This document shows positions 1-9,298 of a stretch of DNA of 64,000 bases, in pieces. Origin of the DNA: Salinispira sp. (GTDB lineage Bacteria > Spirochaetota > Spirochaetia > DSM-27196 > Salinispiraceae); the NCBI GenBank assembly GCA_965602015.1, contig OZ271918.1:2560001-2624000 (forward strand), read 5' to 3'. Position numbers and translations under genes: made by a program. Numbering within the stretch: the first letter of the stretch is position 1; each line of letters starts with the position of its first letter. The notes beneath the pieces were generated by a model. The model searched no databases, was not told where the DNA came from, and saw only the letters and a list, made by a program, of their open reading frames with translations.

Positions 1-105
1 GGGAAGCCGCTCGCCGGCCTCCATACTTACCACCCTTCCGCAATCAAGACACTGATAGTACCCGCTGCTCACCGATGTGTGACTGTGAAAAAGCATGGAT
101 TTCAT
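1..105 (-). CDS. Small zinc-ribbon protein, partial (runs off window start)
   Basis: Not in the ORF track. Minus strand reads GGAGG-atgat-ATG, then MKSMLFHSHTSVSSGYYQCLDCGRVVSMEAGERLP, with a G-x-Y-x-CxxCG...LP pattern. Confidence 0.7.
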   Translation of the reverse strand, partial: MKSMLFHSHTSVSSGYYQCLDCGRVVSMEAGERLP

Positions 106-160
106 ATCATCCTCCGATAGTCAAAAGATTGCATTTTCACTGTGGGTATTCTATGGCGAA

Positions 161-218
161 TTCTAGCTATTTTGGGGTCGATTATCCATTATCTCTATAG
201 CAACTTCTAGCTATTTTG
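161..218. repeat. 14-bp direct repeat pair TTCTAGCTATTTTG in a divergent promoter region, candidate operator
   Basis: Exact copies at 161-174 and 205-218 (44-bp period). Confidence 0.6.
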
Positions 219-287
219 AACCCCGACCCGCCACCTCATTATATAGAAGGTGTATTATCTGGATAGAATGATTACGGGAGGAAAACC

Positions 288-893
288 ATGAACGAATCAT
301 CCCTTCACTTAACTGACAGCCTGGCGAACCTGGAAGAACTGGATTCGCGGCACCAGGCCGATAACTATGAGGCGCCGGATCTCTATATCTGGCATCAGCT
401 GGTGGACAGGCTGGTAGTACTGTTCAGACTCTCGGCAGAGGAAGAGCGGCGGATCAGAATCAATCAACTGCTTCGCATGCTGAGCCTGCTCCCCCGCTTC
501 GCCGGATGCAAAAATCCCGAAGGTACGGGGCTGTTAATGGCCTGCACCTACATTGCTGAGCGCCGGGTCGCCCGGGACCTCTTTGCCCATAAACCGGAGA
601 ATGACGACGACGTACTGAGCCGTCTGGAACCCTTTTCCCGGCTGCTCGAAGGCGGGGACCCTGAAATCATCGAAAAAGGGCTCAACCTTGCAGCCCTCAC
701 AATGATAAAGGACTATGCCGCCGATGCCGACGATGACCAGTCCAAAGGCAAGTACAACCCCGTGGCGCAAAAACGCTGGGACTGGCGCAAAATTGCCGCA
801 AGCATCATCCGCCGGAACGATGAAATTACCCATCCGGTAATCGACGGGATTTATGGGCCGGATATAGCCTTGAAGAGCTGGTGGGTTATATAA
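288..893 (+). CDS. Hypothetical helical protein with Asp-rich motifs and C-terminal Trp-Trp
   Basis: GGGAGG RBS; 201 aa; motifs HKPENDDD and KDYAADADDDQSKGKYNPV; ends SWWVI. Confidence 0.8.
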   Translation: MNESSLHLTDSLANLEELDSRHQADNYEAPDLYIWHQLVDRLVVLFRLSAEEERRIRINQLLRMLSLLPRFAGCKNPEGTGLLMACTYIAERRVARDLFAHKPENDDDVLSRLEPFSRLLEGGDPEIIEKGLNLAALTMIKDYAADADDDQSKGKYNPVAQKRWDWRKIAASIIRRNDEITHPVIDGIYGPDIALKSWWVI

Positions 894-914
894 GTATCAT
901 TATATAATCCAGCA

Positions 915-1694
915 ATGGAGAAACGCGTAAACTGGCTTTTCATTTTTTTTGCAGCATCTGTCGGCGTTGTTAACACAATAATAGCTTTAATTCGTGGAAG
1001 CGGGGATGTAGCTGCCCTGAATGATTCAGCGATTATTATACCCGTTATTGGTACTGTGCTTTTTATGACGATCCAGCGTGCGAAACCGAAGTATGTCCGC
1101 ATTGCCCATACTGTGTTTTTATCGATTGTTGCAAGCATTGCAATTCTCGATGATTATTCATCGGTTTTCGGCCTCGGTTTCGCGCTCATTGCCCTGTATC
1201 TGGCGCAGAAATACGGCTATTTCGTTCGAAACACCATCGTCAAATCCGTAATCTCGTTAATCGCCATAGTCATTTTTGTTGAGATATCTGCTATTGCAGA
1301 AAGCGCCACCGGCGCGGGCCTGGACGTAGCCCTCTTTGTCTTCTTCTTTTTCGCGATTTTTTATTTCGGGGACCGGGAGACCTTCCTGCGCTACAAGGAA
1401 CAGGAGGAGGCCCTCAAGGAACGGGTTCGCAAGGAGTACGGTTCGGGGGTTGACCTGAAAGAGATCGGCTTCACTGAGCGGGAAATCGAGGTGGGGGCCG
1501 TCCTCTGCCAAACCCTGGGGACCGACAAGGAAATCGCCTACGACCTCAATATCTCGAAAAACACGGTTATAAACCATCTTCGTTCCATGCGGGACAAGGC
1601 CGACGTGCGGGACCGTCAGCATCTTATCGAGGCCATCCGCCGCTACTACATAACCCGGGATGACGCTGCGGAAACCGACACCGAAAATATGTAA
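915..1694 (+). CDS. Membrane-embedded LuxR-type transcriptional regulator (about 6 TM plus HTH)
   Basis: About six hydrophobic segments, then FTEREIEV...TDKEIAYDLNISKNTVINHLRSMRDK (LuxR HTH). Confidence 0.85.
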   Translation: MEKRVNWLFIFFAASVGVVNTIIALIRGSGDVAALNDSAIIIPVIGTVLFMTIQRAKPKYVRIAHTVFLSIVASIAILDDYSSVFGLGFALIALYLAQKYGYFVRNTIVKSVISLIAIVIFVEISAIAESATGAGLDVALFVFFFFAIFYFGDRETFLRYKEQEEALKERVRKEYGSGVDLKEIGFTEREIEVGAVLCQTLGTDKEIAYDLNISKNTVINHLRSMRDKADVRDRQHLIEAIRRYYITRDDAAETDTENM

Positions 1695-1818
1695 ATAACT
1701 TTGTAACAGCATACCCCGGGCGATGTTATTTAGCGAACGGATTGAATTTCCGTCCGCTGCGGGATGCCCCATATCCGGCGAATCCGGAGGCTTGGACCGC
1801 AGCACACAAGGAGGGCTC

Positions 1819-3069
1819 ATGTCCCGTCCCACCACGCTGCTGCTGGCAGCAATTGTTTCCGTCATTGCGTTGGCTTCCTGCAGAACCGCACCAGAAATCG
1901 TTGAATTCGATCCGGACCAGGAACTGGTGCCCGCGGTGGTAAGTCCCCAGGCGCCCGATGAAAGCATCGCTCCGGGAGTCACCATCCAAAGCGCCCAGGA
2001 TCAGCTAGTATTCACCTACGAGAATCCCATTCTCACGGTTCTCAGCAACGCCTTTTCGCCCAACGGCGACGGCTATCGGGACGAACTGGGTTTTTCCGTC
2101 GCGGTCCCCAGCACCGAAGGTTTCGCATCCTGGGAACTGATACTGCTCAGCGAGGGTCACCGGGAGATTTTTAAGATCCGCGGAAACCAGCTTATTCCCG
2201 GCAGCTTCAGCTGGGACGGAAACAGCCCCACCGGCCGACCGGTGGCCGACGGCTGGTACTACGGCCGCCTTCATGTCAACTACGAAAGCGGACAGCGGCT
2301 CACCGCCCACTCCTCGGAATTCCTGCTGTGGAGGGAGGGACCCCGGGCCCGTATCTCGGTTCCCGACGGATACTTCTCGCCTGACGGGGACGGAGTGAAC
2401 GACACGATTACCCTGAGCCTTGCGGTAGAGAATCGCGACGACATTGTGGCATATCAGGTAGCCCTGTTTAACAGCCGGGACAGCCTTTTCGAGCTCTACA
2501 GCGCACCGGGAGCGCCTCCTGAAGAATTCACCTGGGATGGTACAAACCGGCATGGAGAAACCGTTGAAAGCGCAGAAGATTACCGGGTGGAACTCCGGCT
2601 CTGGGATGACCTGGGCAACGTGAGCGTCACCGAAGCGACCATACCCGTCGATATTCTGGTGTACCGCGACGGCGATCAGATAAAGATCCGCATTTCTGCG
2701 ATCAACTTTCTGCCCTTCTCGGCGAACTACATCGATCTGCCCCCGGAAGTCCGCAGTAAAAATCTGCAGACCCTCGACCGGCTCGCGGAAATCCTCAACC
2801 GTTTCCCCGGTTACGGAATCGACATTCAGGGCCATGCGGTGCAGATTTACTGGAACGATCCGGTGCGTGGAGCCCGGGAGCAGTCGGAGGTACTTATTCC
2901 TCTGAGCAGTGCCAGGGCGGAGGCTGTGCGGGAAGCTCTGGTCGCCCGGGGTATTGCCGGCGGCCGAATGACTACTTCCGGCGTGGGTGCCATGCGTCCC
3001 TTGGTGCCTAACAGCGATCTGGAAAACCGCTGGATGAACCGTCGGGTTGAATTCATTCTCGAGAGGTAG
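1819..3069 (+). CDS. OmpA-family lipoprotein with FlgD-Ig/gliding-motility-type repeats
   Basis: AGGAGG before ATG 1819; lipobox LASC; FSPNGDG/FSPDGDG and WDG repeats; C-terminal LSSARAEAVREALV...NRRVEF. Confidence 0.88.
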   Translation: MSRPTTLLLAAIVSVIALASCRTAPEIVEFDPDQELVPAVVSPQAPDESIAPGVTIQSAQDQLVFTYENPILTVLSNAFSPNGDGYRDELGFSVAVPSTEGFASWELILLSEGHREIFKIRGNQLIPGSFSWDGNSPTGRPVADGWYYGRLHVNYESGQRLTAHSSEFLLWREGPRARISVPDGYFSPDGDGVNDTITLSLAVENRDDIVAYQVALFNSRDSLFELYSAPGAPPEEFTWDGTNRHGETVESAEDYRVELRLWDDLGNVSVTEATIPVDILVYRDGDQIKIRISAINFLPFSANYIDLPPEVRSKNLQTLDRLAEILNRFPGYGIDIQGHAVQIYWNDPVRGAREQSEVLIPLSSARAEAVREALVARGIAGGRMTTSGVGAMRPLVPNSDLENRWMNRRVEFILER

Positions 3070-3110
3070 AAATGTAACCTTTCCCCGCTGTTATGGGGGC
3101 ATTCTGCGCC

Positions 3111-3152
3111 AAAAAAAACCGGCCGGGGATTATCCCGACCGGTCTTTTTTTT
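3111..3152. terminator. Bidirectional intrinsic terminator
   Basis: A8, GC stem (accggccggg...cccgaccggt), T8, between convergent genes. Confidence 0.85.
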
Positions 3153-3159
3153 GAACGCC

Positions 3160-4329
3160 TCAATCATTCAAAAAAGCAAAGCGGTTGCTGTCAGTGTTGA
3201 GCCCGGCAATTGCCGAGGGAGACAGGGTGAATGTAATCCCTTTGGGATCGCCATTGAGAAAGGAATCTGCCTCGCTGCCGTTGCTTTCATAGCCTCCGGA
3301 GCTGGTATAGGCGATATTGTTATCCAGCCCCGTCACAAAAAAGAGATCCGGGTTGTTTTCCACCAGCGCCGGATCATTGGCGGCAGCAACATCGAGGGCC
3401 GACCCCAAGCCGGATCCTGACGTTATTGTACCCGCAGTCTGACCCAAGATAGCGTCCAGGTCCCCTGGATTTACCCCTTCAATCCACTCAAAGAGAATAT
3501 CGAGGTAGCTGCTTTTTATGTCCATGCTCTCGTTTACATTACCCGAGACGATGACGTCCGCTTTTGGAAAATACAGCGCCACCTCCGAGCGTTCGCCGTC
3601 CGGGCTGCCCAGGGCCTTGAACATGTACACATGCTCCGCCTCGTAGGGAACCTCAAAATCCGAATTGCCGGGAATCACGTAGTGGTAAGCCACCCCGCCC
3701 TCAAACTCGTACTGGCCTTCGGCGTTGCGTGTGCCTTCGAAATACAAGGCCTGGGCTTCGGTTTGTCCGCTGCTGTCGAGGTTGTTGATGTTGGCATAAA
3801 CCGTCAAAACAGGAGAGGCGCCGGTTTCGTCATAGCTGATAAATATTCGGTCGAGCTGCCGGTCGGCTGCTTCTGGCTCATGGTAGATAATGTTTCCCTT
3901 GACTTCGCCGGGCTGATAGTTGAGCTGCATGTAGCGCTGGCCTGCGGAAGTGCGCCACTCTATGCGCTTGGGAAGTGACCGGGCGTCGGAGGTGCTGATA
4001 ACCACGCTTTCACCGTTGTTGTAGTCGAAGGTGCCCTCGTTGGGAATAAAATTTTCATTGATTCGCCGGATGATTTCGTCAACCGCATCGAGGGCGGTTT
4101 CCGCAAGTCTCAGGGACGCCCTAAACGGCTCGAAAACATCCTCCGGGCTCTCACCGACGCTTCGGGAGGTAATACTGGCCTGAGAGTTTCCCGCAGTGAG
4201 GGCCGGCGGAATGGAAATGCTCCGCTCTGAGATATCTCCCCCGGAAAGGTCGGGCAAGAGCGCCTGACAGGAGCCAAGCAGTATCAAAATGGCAGGAAAG
4301 ATTAGTGCGGTTTTTACAGTCTGTTTCAT
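3160..4329 (-). CDS. Hypothetical lipoprotein
   Basis: Start moved to ATG 4329 (GGAGG RBS); MKQTVKTALIFPAILILLGSC lipobox; acidic mature domain. Confidence 0.75.
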   Translation of the reverse strand: MKQTVKTALIFPAILILLGSCQALLPDLSGGDISERSISIPPALTAGNSQASITSRSVGESPEDVFEPFRASLRLAETALDAVDEIIRRINENFIPNEGTFDYNNGESVVISTSDARSLPKRIEWRTSAGQRYMQLNYQPGEVKGNIIYHEPEAADRQLDRIFISYDETGASPVLTVYANINNLDSSGQTEAQALYFEGTRNAEGQYEFEGGVAYHYVIPGNSDFEVPYEAEHVYMFKALGSPDGERSEVALYFPKADVIVSGNVNESMDIKSSYLDILFEWIEGVNPGDLDAILGQTAGTITSGSGLGSALDVAAANDPALVENNPDLFFVTGLDNNIAYTSSGGYESNGSEADSFLNGDPKGITFTLSPSAIAGLNTDSNRFAFLND

Positions 4330-4424
4330 ATCGCCCTCCGGTCTTTCATTAATATATATAGTACTCCCGTTGATGAGAAAAAACAGGCTTAACAGATGCA
4401 AAGTAGACGGGTACAATCCCCGGC

Positions 4425-5315
4425 ATGGAAGAGAAGGAAGCCGCCGGCAAACAGGGCCCTGGCAGCAATGACAACAATGGCGTCGATGCGGGAGAGCGGG
4501 ACACCATTTATGCAGACCCGGTGAATCCCGTGCCCCCATTTCGCTTCGACAGAAAGGTGGCCCGGGTGTTCCCCGACATGATCAAGCGCTCGGTTCCGGG
4601 CTATCAGGACATCATCGAAATGATCGGGCTTTTCGCACGGCATTTCGTTCAGGCCGGGAGCATCTGCTATGACCTGGGAGCCAGCCTGGGAGCCGCAACC
4701 CTGGCAATGAGACGGAATATCATTGCGGAGGATTGCCGGATTATCGCCGTGGACAATAGCAGGGACATGCTCGCTCGCTGCGCCGAGAACCTGGCCTGGG
4801 ATCAGTCCAGAACCCCGGTTGATACCCTGCTCTCAGATCTGGAAGATGTCCGCATTACAAACGCCGGCATGGTGGTTTTGAATTTTACCCTTCAGTTCAT
4901 TGCGCCGGAGCGCCGGCAGAGAATTATTGATAACATTTACCGGGGTCTGCGCCCCGGCGGCATTCTTATCCTCTCGGAGAAGCTCAACTACGGGGATAAT
5001 CCGGTTCAGCAGGAGATAATGACCGATCTGCACCTGGATTTTAAGAGGATGAACGGCTACAGCGACCTGGAAATCAGCCAGAAACGGCAAAGCCTTGAAA
5101 ATGTGCTCATTTCGAACAGCCACAGCGAACTGACGACCATGTTCCGCAACGCGGGATTTAACGAATATTTCGAGTGGTTCCGGTTTTTTACCTTCAGTTC
5201 AATGTTTGCCCGGAAGGGAAATGAACCGCCGCATACCGCGACGGGAGACCGGCCAGAAGACCGACGAGAATACCGGGCGGAACATCAGGCGGATACCCCC
5301 GCGGAAGAACAATGA
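4425..5315 (+). CDS. cmoA: Carboxy-S-adenosyl-L-methionine synthase
   Basis: FRFDRKVARVFPDMIKRSVPGY, YDLGASLGA, VLNFTLQF, ISQKRQSLENVL. Confidence 0.93.
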   Translation: MEEKEAAGKQGPGSNDNNGVDAGERDTIYADPVNPVPPFRFDRKVARVFPDMIKRSVPGYQDIIEMIGLFARHFVQAGSICYDLGASLGAATLAMRRNIIAEDCRIIAVDNSRDMLARCAENLAWDQSRTPVDTLLSDLEDVRITNAGMVVLNFTLQFIAPERRQRIIDNIYRGLRPGGILILSEKLNYGDNPVQQEIMTDLHLDFKRMNGYSDLEISQKRQSLENVLISNSHSELTTMFRNAGFNEYFEWFRFFTFSSMFARKGNEPPHTATGDRPEDRREYRAEHQADTPAEEQ

Positions 5316-6340
5316 AATCCATTTCCGACTCCCGTATACTGAGTCCATCCGCCTACTCCGGTTTTTTCGCGCACCCAAAATGCGAATTTCTGACAGGTAT
5401 TCGGGACTATCTCAATGAGATTCTTATCAGAAATCTCGATCCGCTGAGAAATAATCAGATGGAGCTGTGGAAGCGGGCCATCGCCGCTCTTCCGGCTGAG
5501 GTGCATCAGGATCAGTCCGCAGGGGCGATGCAGCCTGAGCCGACCGTAGCCAATGGCCGGGTCAGGGTTGGCGGGGACGCCGGGGCCGCGTTGGCCGCGG
5601 AGATCGAACAGGGGCTTAGGGAACTGATGCCCTGGAGAAAGGGGCCCTGGGATTTTTTCGGCATCCATGTGGACACCGAATGGCGTTCCGACTGGAAGTG
5701 GGACCGGGTTCTGCCCCACATCGCCGAGTTGACCGGACGCCGGGTTCTGGACATCGGTTGCGGAAACGGATACCACCTGTGGCGCATGCGCGAGGCCGGG
5801 GCAGATGCGGCAGTGGGCATTGAGCCCCACCTGCTAAATGTGGCCCAGTACTCCCTGATGCAGCGCTGGTTCCCCGACCTGCCGTTGACCGTCCTCCCCA
5901 TGACCTTGGAGGAATATCCGGTGAACACCCGAATCTACGACACGGTGTTCAGCATGGGGGTGCTGTATCACCGTAAAAGCCCGGTGGACCACCTGATTCA
6001 CTGCAAGTCCTGCCTCAGGGAGGGCGGCGAGCTGGTGCTTGAAACCCTGGTGGTACCGGGAGACGTGAACAGCGTGCTGGTGCCCGAGGACCGCTACGGA
6101 AAAATGCCGAATGTGTGGAATATTCCCTCGGCGGAACTCGCAATGCGGCTGTTGCGGCGGGTCGGTTTCCGGAACATACGGCTTGTCGACGTAAACCGGA
6201 CCAGCGTGGAGGAACAGCGCTCAACCGACTGGATGCGCTTTGAAAGCCTCGCGGATTACCTCGATCCGTCAAATCCCGATCTCACGGTGGAGGGCTATCC
6301 GGCGCCCCGCCGGGCGGTAATTATCGCCGAGAGTCCTTAG
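5312..6340 (+). CDS. cmoB: tRNA U34 carboxymethyltransferase
   Basis: LMPWRKGP, DTEWRSDWKWDR, FSMGVLYHRKSP, EGYPAPRRA; ATGA overlap with cmoA. Confidence 0.95.
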   Translation: MKSISDSRILSPSAYSGFFAHPKCEFLTGIRDYLNEILIRNLDPLRNNQMELWKRAIAALPAEVHQDQSAGAMQPEPTVANGRVRVGGDAGAALAAEIEQGLRELMPWRKGPWDFFGIHVDTEWRSDWKWDRVLPHIAELTGRRVLDIGCGNGYHLWRMREAGADAAVGIEPHLLNVAQYSLMQRWFPDLPLTVLPMTLEEYPVNTRIYDTVFSMGVLYHRKSPVDHLIHCKSCLREGGELVLETLVVPGDVNSVLVPEDRYGKMPNVWNIPSAELAMRLLRRVGFRNIRLVDVNRTSVEEQRSTDWMRFESLADYLDPSNPDLTVEGYPAPRRAVIIAESP

Positions 6341-7464
6341 CCGGAAGCGTTCCCGGAAGCTGGCCCGGAGGCGCCGTTCTTCCCCTCGACAATGGATTGC
6401 CAAAGGAGCCGGGGGACGGTGATGCTCCGCTTCTCTAAGGCCCGCTTTCTGCGGTTTTGGCTCTGCTGCCCGGGATAATACACCCGGTCAAACCCCTCAC
6501 GGGGAGCCGATGAGCTTAAGGCGTTTAACAGGCGGGAAGATTCCTCTTCCAGGGATTGCGCGTCATCCCGAAAAACCGTCGGCCTGATAAGCATATAGGT
6601 TCCGCCCCAGCCTCCGTCTACCACGGTGCCGACCCTGCTGCCGGTAAGGGCCCCCGCCATGAGCTCGACCATCAGGGCTATTCCCGAGCCCTTGTGTTCG
6701 CCCATGCTCAGCAGTCCGCCCTTCATTCCCTCCCGGGGATTAACCGTGGGTTTTCCCGCCTCATCCAGGGCGACGTTCGCCGGCAAATCCCGGCCTTCGC
6801 GCTTGCAGTTCATCATTTCGCCCCAGGTAATCACCGAGCTGGCCGAATCGTGGATTACCGGAATGCCTCCGTCAGCTTCCCGCCGGGGAAAGGCGAAGGT
6901 AAGCGGATCGGTTCCCCACTGGGGTTCCCGGCTTCCGTGGGGGATGAGAATGGGCGGAGAATTAAAAAACGATATAAAAATGAGGTTCCGCTCGGCGGCC
7001 AACCGCGCAAAATCGCCGATGTATCCCGAAGCATATGACATGTTTCTGATTCCCACCATCAGTATGTTTCTGTCGGCATTATCATCAAAAAAGGCAAAGG
7101 CGTGCGTCAGACTCCGGTACAGGGCCACCGACCCGCTCATATAACCCGCGTCGAAATAGAGAAAATCCGGGCCCTGCCGTAGGGGTTCGAGGGATTCGGT
7201 GCCGGTGACTATGTCTCCCGAGGCCTGAAGAGCCCGCAAATCCGGCAGCCTGATTATCCCGTGGCTGGCCTTTCCGGCAAGCTCGGCTTCGAGAAGGTTT
7301 TTAACGGTCAGCTCCGCCTCTTCCGGAGTAAAGCCGCTGTGTAGCAAATAGGATGTAGCGGTCTTATTCAGATCATCTATACCCACTTCAATGTGATCGG
7401 TGTCGAACTGGGTAACTTCTTCGTTCAGGGCCTGGGAAACCCCGCCGGCTTTCTTTTTCCACAT
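6337..7464 (-). CDS. Ldh_2 family (malate/L-lactate/sulfolactate dehydrogenase-like) oxidoreductase
   Basis: AELAGKASHGIIRL, GTDPLTFAFP, HKGSGIALMVELMAGAL, VYYPGQ; start codon uncertain. Confidence 0.85.
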   Translation of the reverse strand: MWKKKAGGVSQALNEEVTQFDTDHIEVGIDDLNKTATSYLLHSGFTPEEAELTVKNLLEAELAGKASHGIIRLPDLRALQASGDIVTGTESLEPLRQGPDFLYFDAGYMSGSVALYRSLTHAFAFFDDNADRNILMVGIRNMSYASGYIGDFARLAAERNLIFISFFNSPPILIPHGSREPQWGTDPLTFAFPRREADGGIPVIHDSASSVITWGEMMNCKREGRDLPANVALDEAGKPTVNPREGMKGGLLSMGEHKGSGIALMVELMAGALTGSRVGTVVDGGWGGTYMLIRPTVFRDDAQSLEEESSRLLNALSSSAPREGFDRVYYPGQQSQNRRKRALEKRSITVPRLLWQSIVEGKNGASGPASGNASG

Positions 7465-7565
7465 AGCACCATTAGTACACGCCACCGGCGATATGCACAA
7501 GCAAAATCATCTCTGCTGTGGTCGGATGTATTCCCCTCGGTTTCCCGCCCTGCTATAATCCGGCC

Positions 7566-9266
7566 ATGGAAAACAGCGAAGCAGAAAACAGCACCGTCAA
7601 AAATGACTTTATCCGCACAGCCATCCGCGAGGATGTGGCCGCCGGCCGTTTCCCCTATCCGGTTCATACCCGGTTCCCGCCGGAGCCCAACGGGTATCTT
7701 CACATCGGCCATGCCAAGAGCATCTGCCTGAACTACGGGCTTCCGGAAGATTTTCCCGGGGGGAGCTACAACCTCCGCTTCGACGATACCAACCCAACCA
7801 AGGAAGAACAGGAATTTGTCGACTCCATCATGGAAGATATCCGCTGGCTAGGCTTCGACTGGGAAGACAGGCTCTATTTCGCCTCGGATTACTTCCCTCA
7901 GCTCTACGCATGGGCGGTCGATCTCATAAAAAAAGGTCTGGCCTACGTGGACAGCCAGAGCGCCGAGGAAATCAGCCGCGGCAGAGGCACTCCGACCCAG
8001 GTCGGGGTGGACAGTCCCTTCCGAAACCGCAGCGTGGATGAAAATCTCGAGCTCTTCGAGCAGATGAAAACCGGCGAACATCCCGACGGATCTCACGTAT
8101 TGCGGGCCAAAATCGATATGAAGCATCCCAATCTCAATATGCGCGATCCGGTAATGTACCGCATCAAGCACGCCCGACATCACCGCACCGGGGACGAGTG
8201 GTGCATATACCCTATGTACGACTGGGCCCATGGTCAAAGCGACGCCCTTGAAAACATCACCCACTCGATTTGCACCCTGGAATTCGAAAACCACCGGCCG
8301 CTGTACAACTGGTTCCTGGAGAGCATCGGGGTGGAAAATCCTCCCCGGCAGATCGAGTTTGCCCGTTTGAACCTGACCCATACGGTTATGAGCAAACGCA
8401 AGCTGCGCCAGCTGGTGGAAGAGGGCCATGTGGCTTCCTGGGACGATCCCCGGATGCCGACGGTGAGCGGTATGCGCCGCAGGGGCTACACCTCGGCGGC
8501 AATCCGCAAATTTGCCGCTGAAATCGGCGTTACCAAAACCGAAAGCATGGTCGAGCTCAATCTCCTTGAATACTTCGTCCGGGAAGATCTCAACCTTAAG
8601 GCAAACCGGGTGATGGCGGTTCTCGATCCGGTAAAACTGGTACTAACCAACTATCCGGAAGATGCCCAGGAGGAATTCGACGCGATTAACAATCCCGAAG
8701 ACGAAGGGGCGGGCAGCAGGAAAATTCCCTTCAGCAGGGAGCTGTACATCGAGCGGGAAGATTTCATGGAAGATCCGCCGAAGAAATTTTTCCGCCTTGC
8801 CCCCGGTCGGGAAGTGCGCCTGAAGCACGCGTACTTCGTAACCTGCGACGACGTTGTCAAAGACGAGAACGGTACCGTTACCGAGATACGATGCAGCTAC
8901 GACCCGGAATCCCGGGGAGGCAATACCCCTGACGGCCGCAAGGTCAAGGGAACCCTGCACTGGGTAAGCGCCAGGCACGCCATCGATGCGGAGGTTCGGC
9001 TGTATGACAGCCTGTTCACCCGGGAAAACATGACGGTTCTCGCCGACGATGAGGAAATGACCGACTTCATCAACCCCGATAGCCTCAAGATTATCAATGC
9101 GAAGGTCGAGCCCTCCCTCGCTATGGCGGCACCGGAAACCGGCTTCCAGTTCATGCGCCAGGGGTACTTCACCGCAGACCGAAAGGACCACAGCAGCGAG
9201 CATCCGGTGTACAACCGCAGCGTAAAACTCAAGGACAGCTGGTCCAAAATCCAGAAAAAAGGCTAA
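7566..9266 (+). CDS. glnS: Glutamine--tRNA ligase
   Basis: [18 protein letters not shown] (HIGH), [16 protein letters not shown]. Confidence 0.97.
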   Translation: MENSEAENSTVKNDFIRTAIREDVAAGRFPYPVHTRFPPEPNGYLHIGHAKSICLNYGLPEDFPGGSYNLRFDDTNPTKEEQEFVDSIMEDIRWLGFDWEDRLYFASDYFPQLYAWAVDLIKKGLAYVDSQSAEEISRGRGTPTQVGVDSPFRNRSVDENLELFEQMKTGEHPDGSHVLRAKIDMKHPNLNMRDPVMYRIKHARHHRTGDEWCIYPMYDWAHGQSDALENITHSICTLEFENHRPLYNWFLESIGVENPPRQIEFARLNLTHTVMSKRKLRQLVEEGHVASWDDPRMPTVSGMRRRGYTSAAIRKFAAEIGVTKTESMVELNLLEYFVREDLNLKANRVMAVLDPVKLVLTNYPEDAQEEFDAINNPEDEGAGSRKIPFSRELYIEREDFMEDPPKKFFRLAPGREVRLKHAYFVTCDDVVKDENGTVTEIRCSYDPESRGGNTPDGRKVKGTLHWVSARHAIDAEVRLYDSLFTRENMTVLADDEEMTDFINPDSLKIINAKVEPSLAMAAPETGFQFMRQGYFTADRKDHSSEHPVYNRSVKLKDSWSKIQKKG

Positions 9267-9270
9267 AACG

Positions 9271-9298
9271 CCGGGCCGGACTTCCGGCCCGGTTTTTT
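9271..9298 (+). terminator. Intrinsic terminator
   Basis: ccgggccgga-ct-tccggcccgg followed by T6. Confidence 0.85.

Noticed and set aside
1755..1810. AAGCCTCCGG on the minus strand, resembling part of a c-di-GMP-I riboswitch
   Set aside because: Wrong orientation for the downstream gene, and the other conserved elements (GGCAAA, GNRA stem) are absent.
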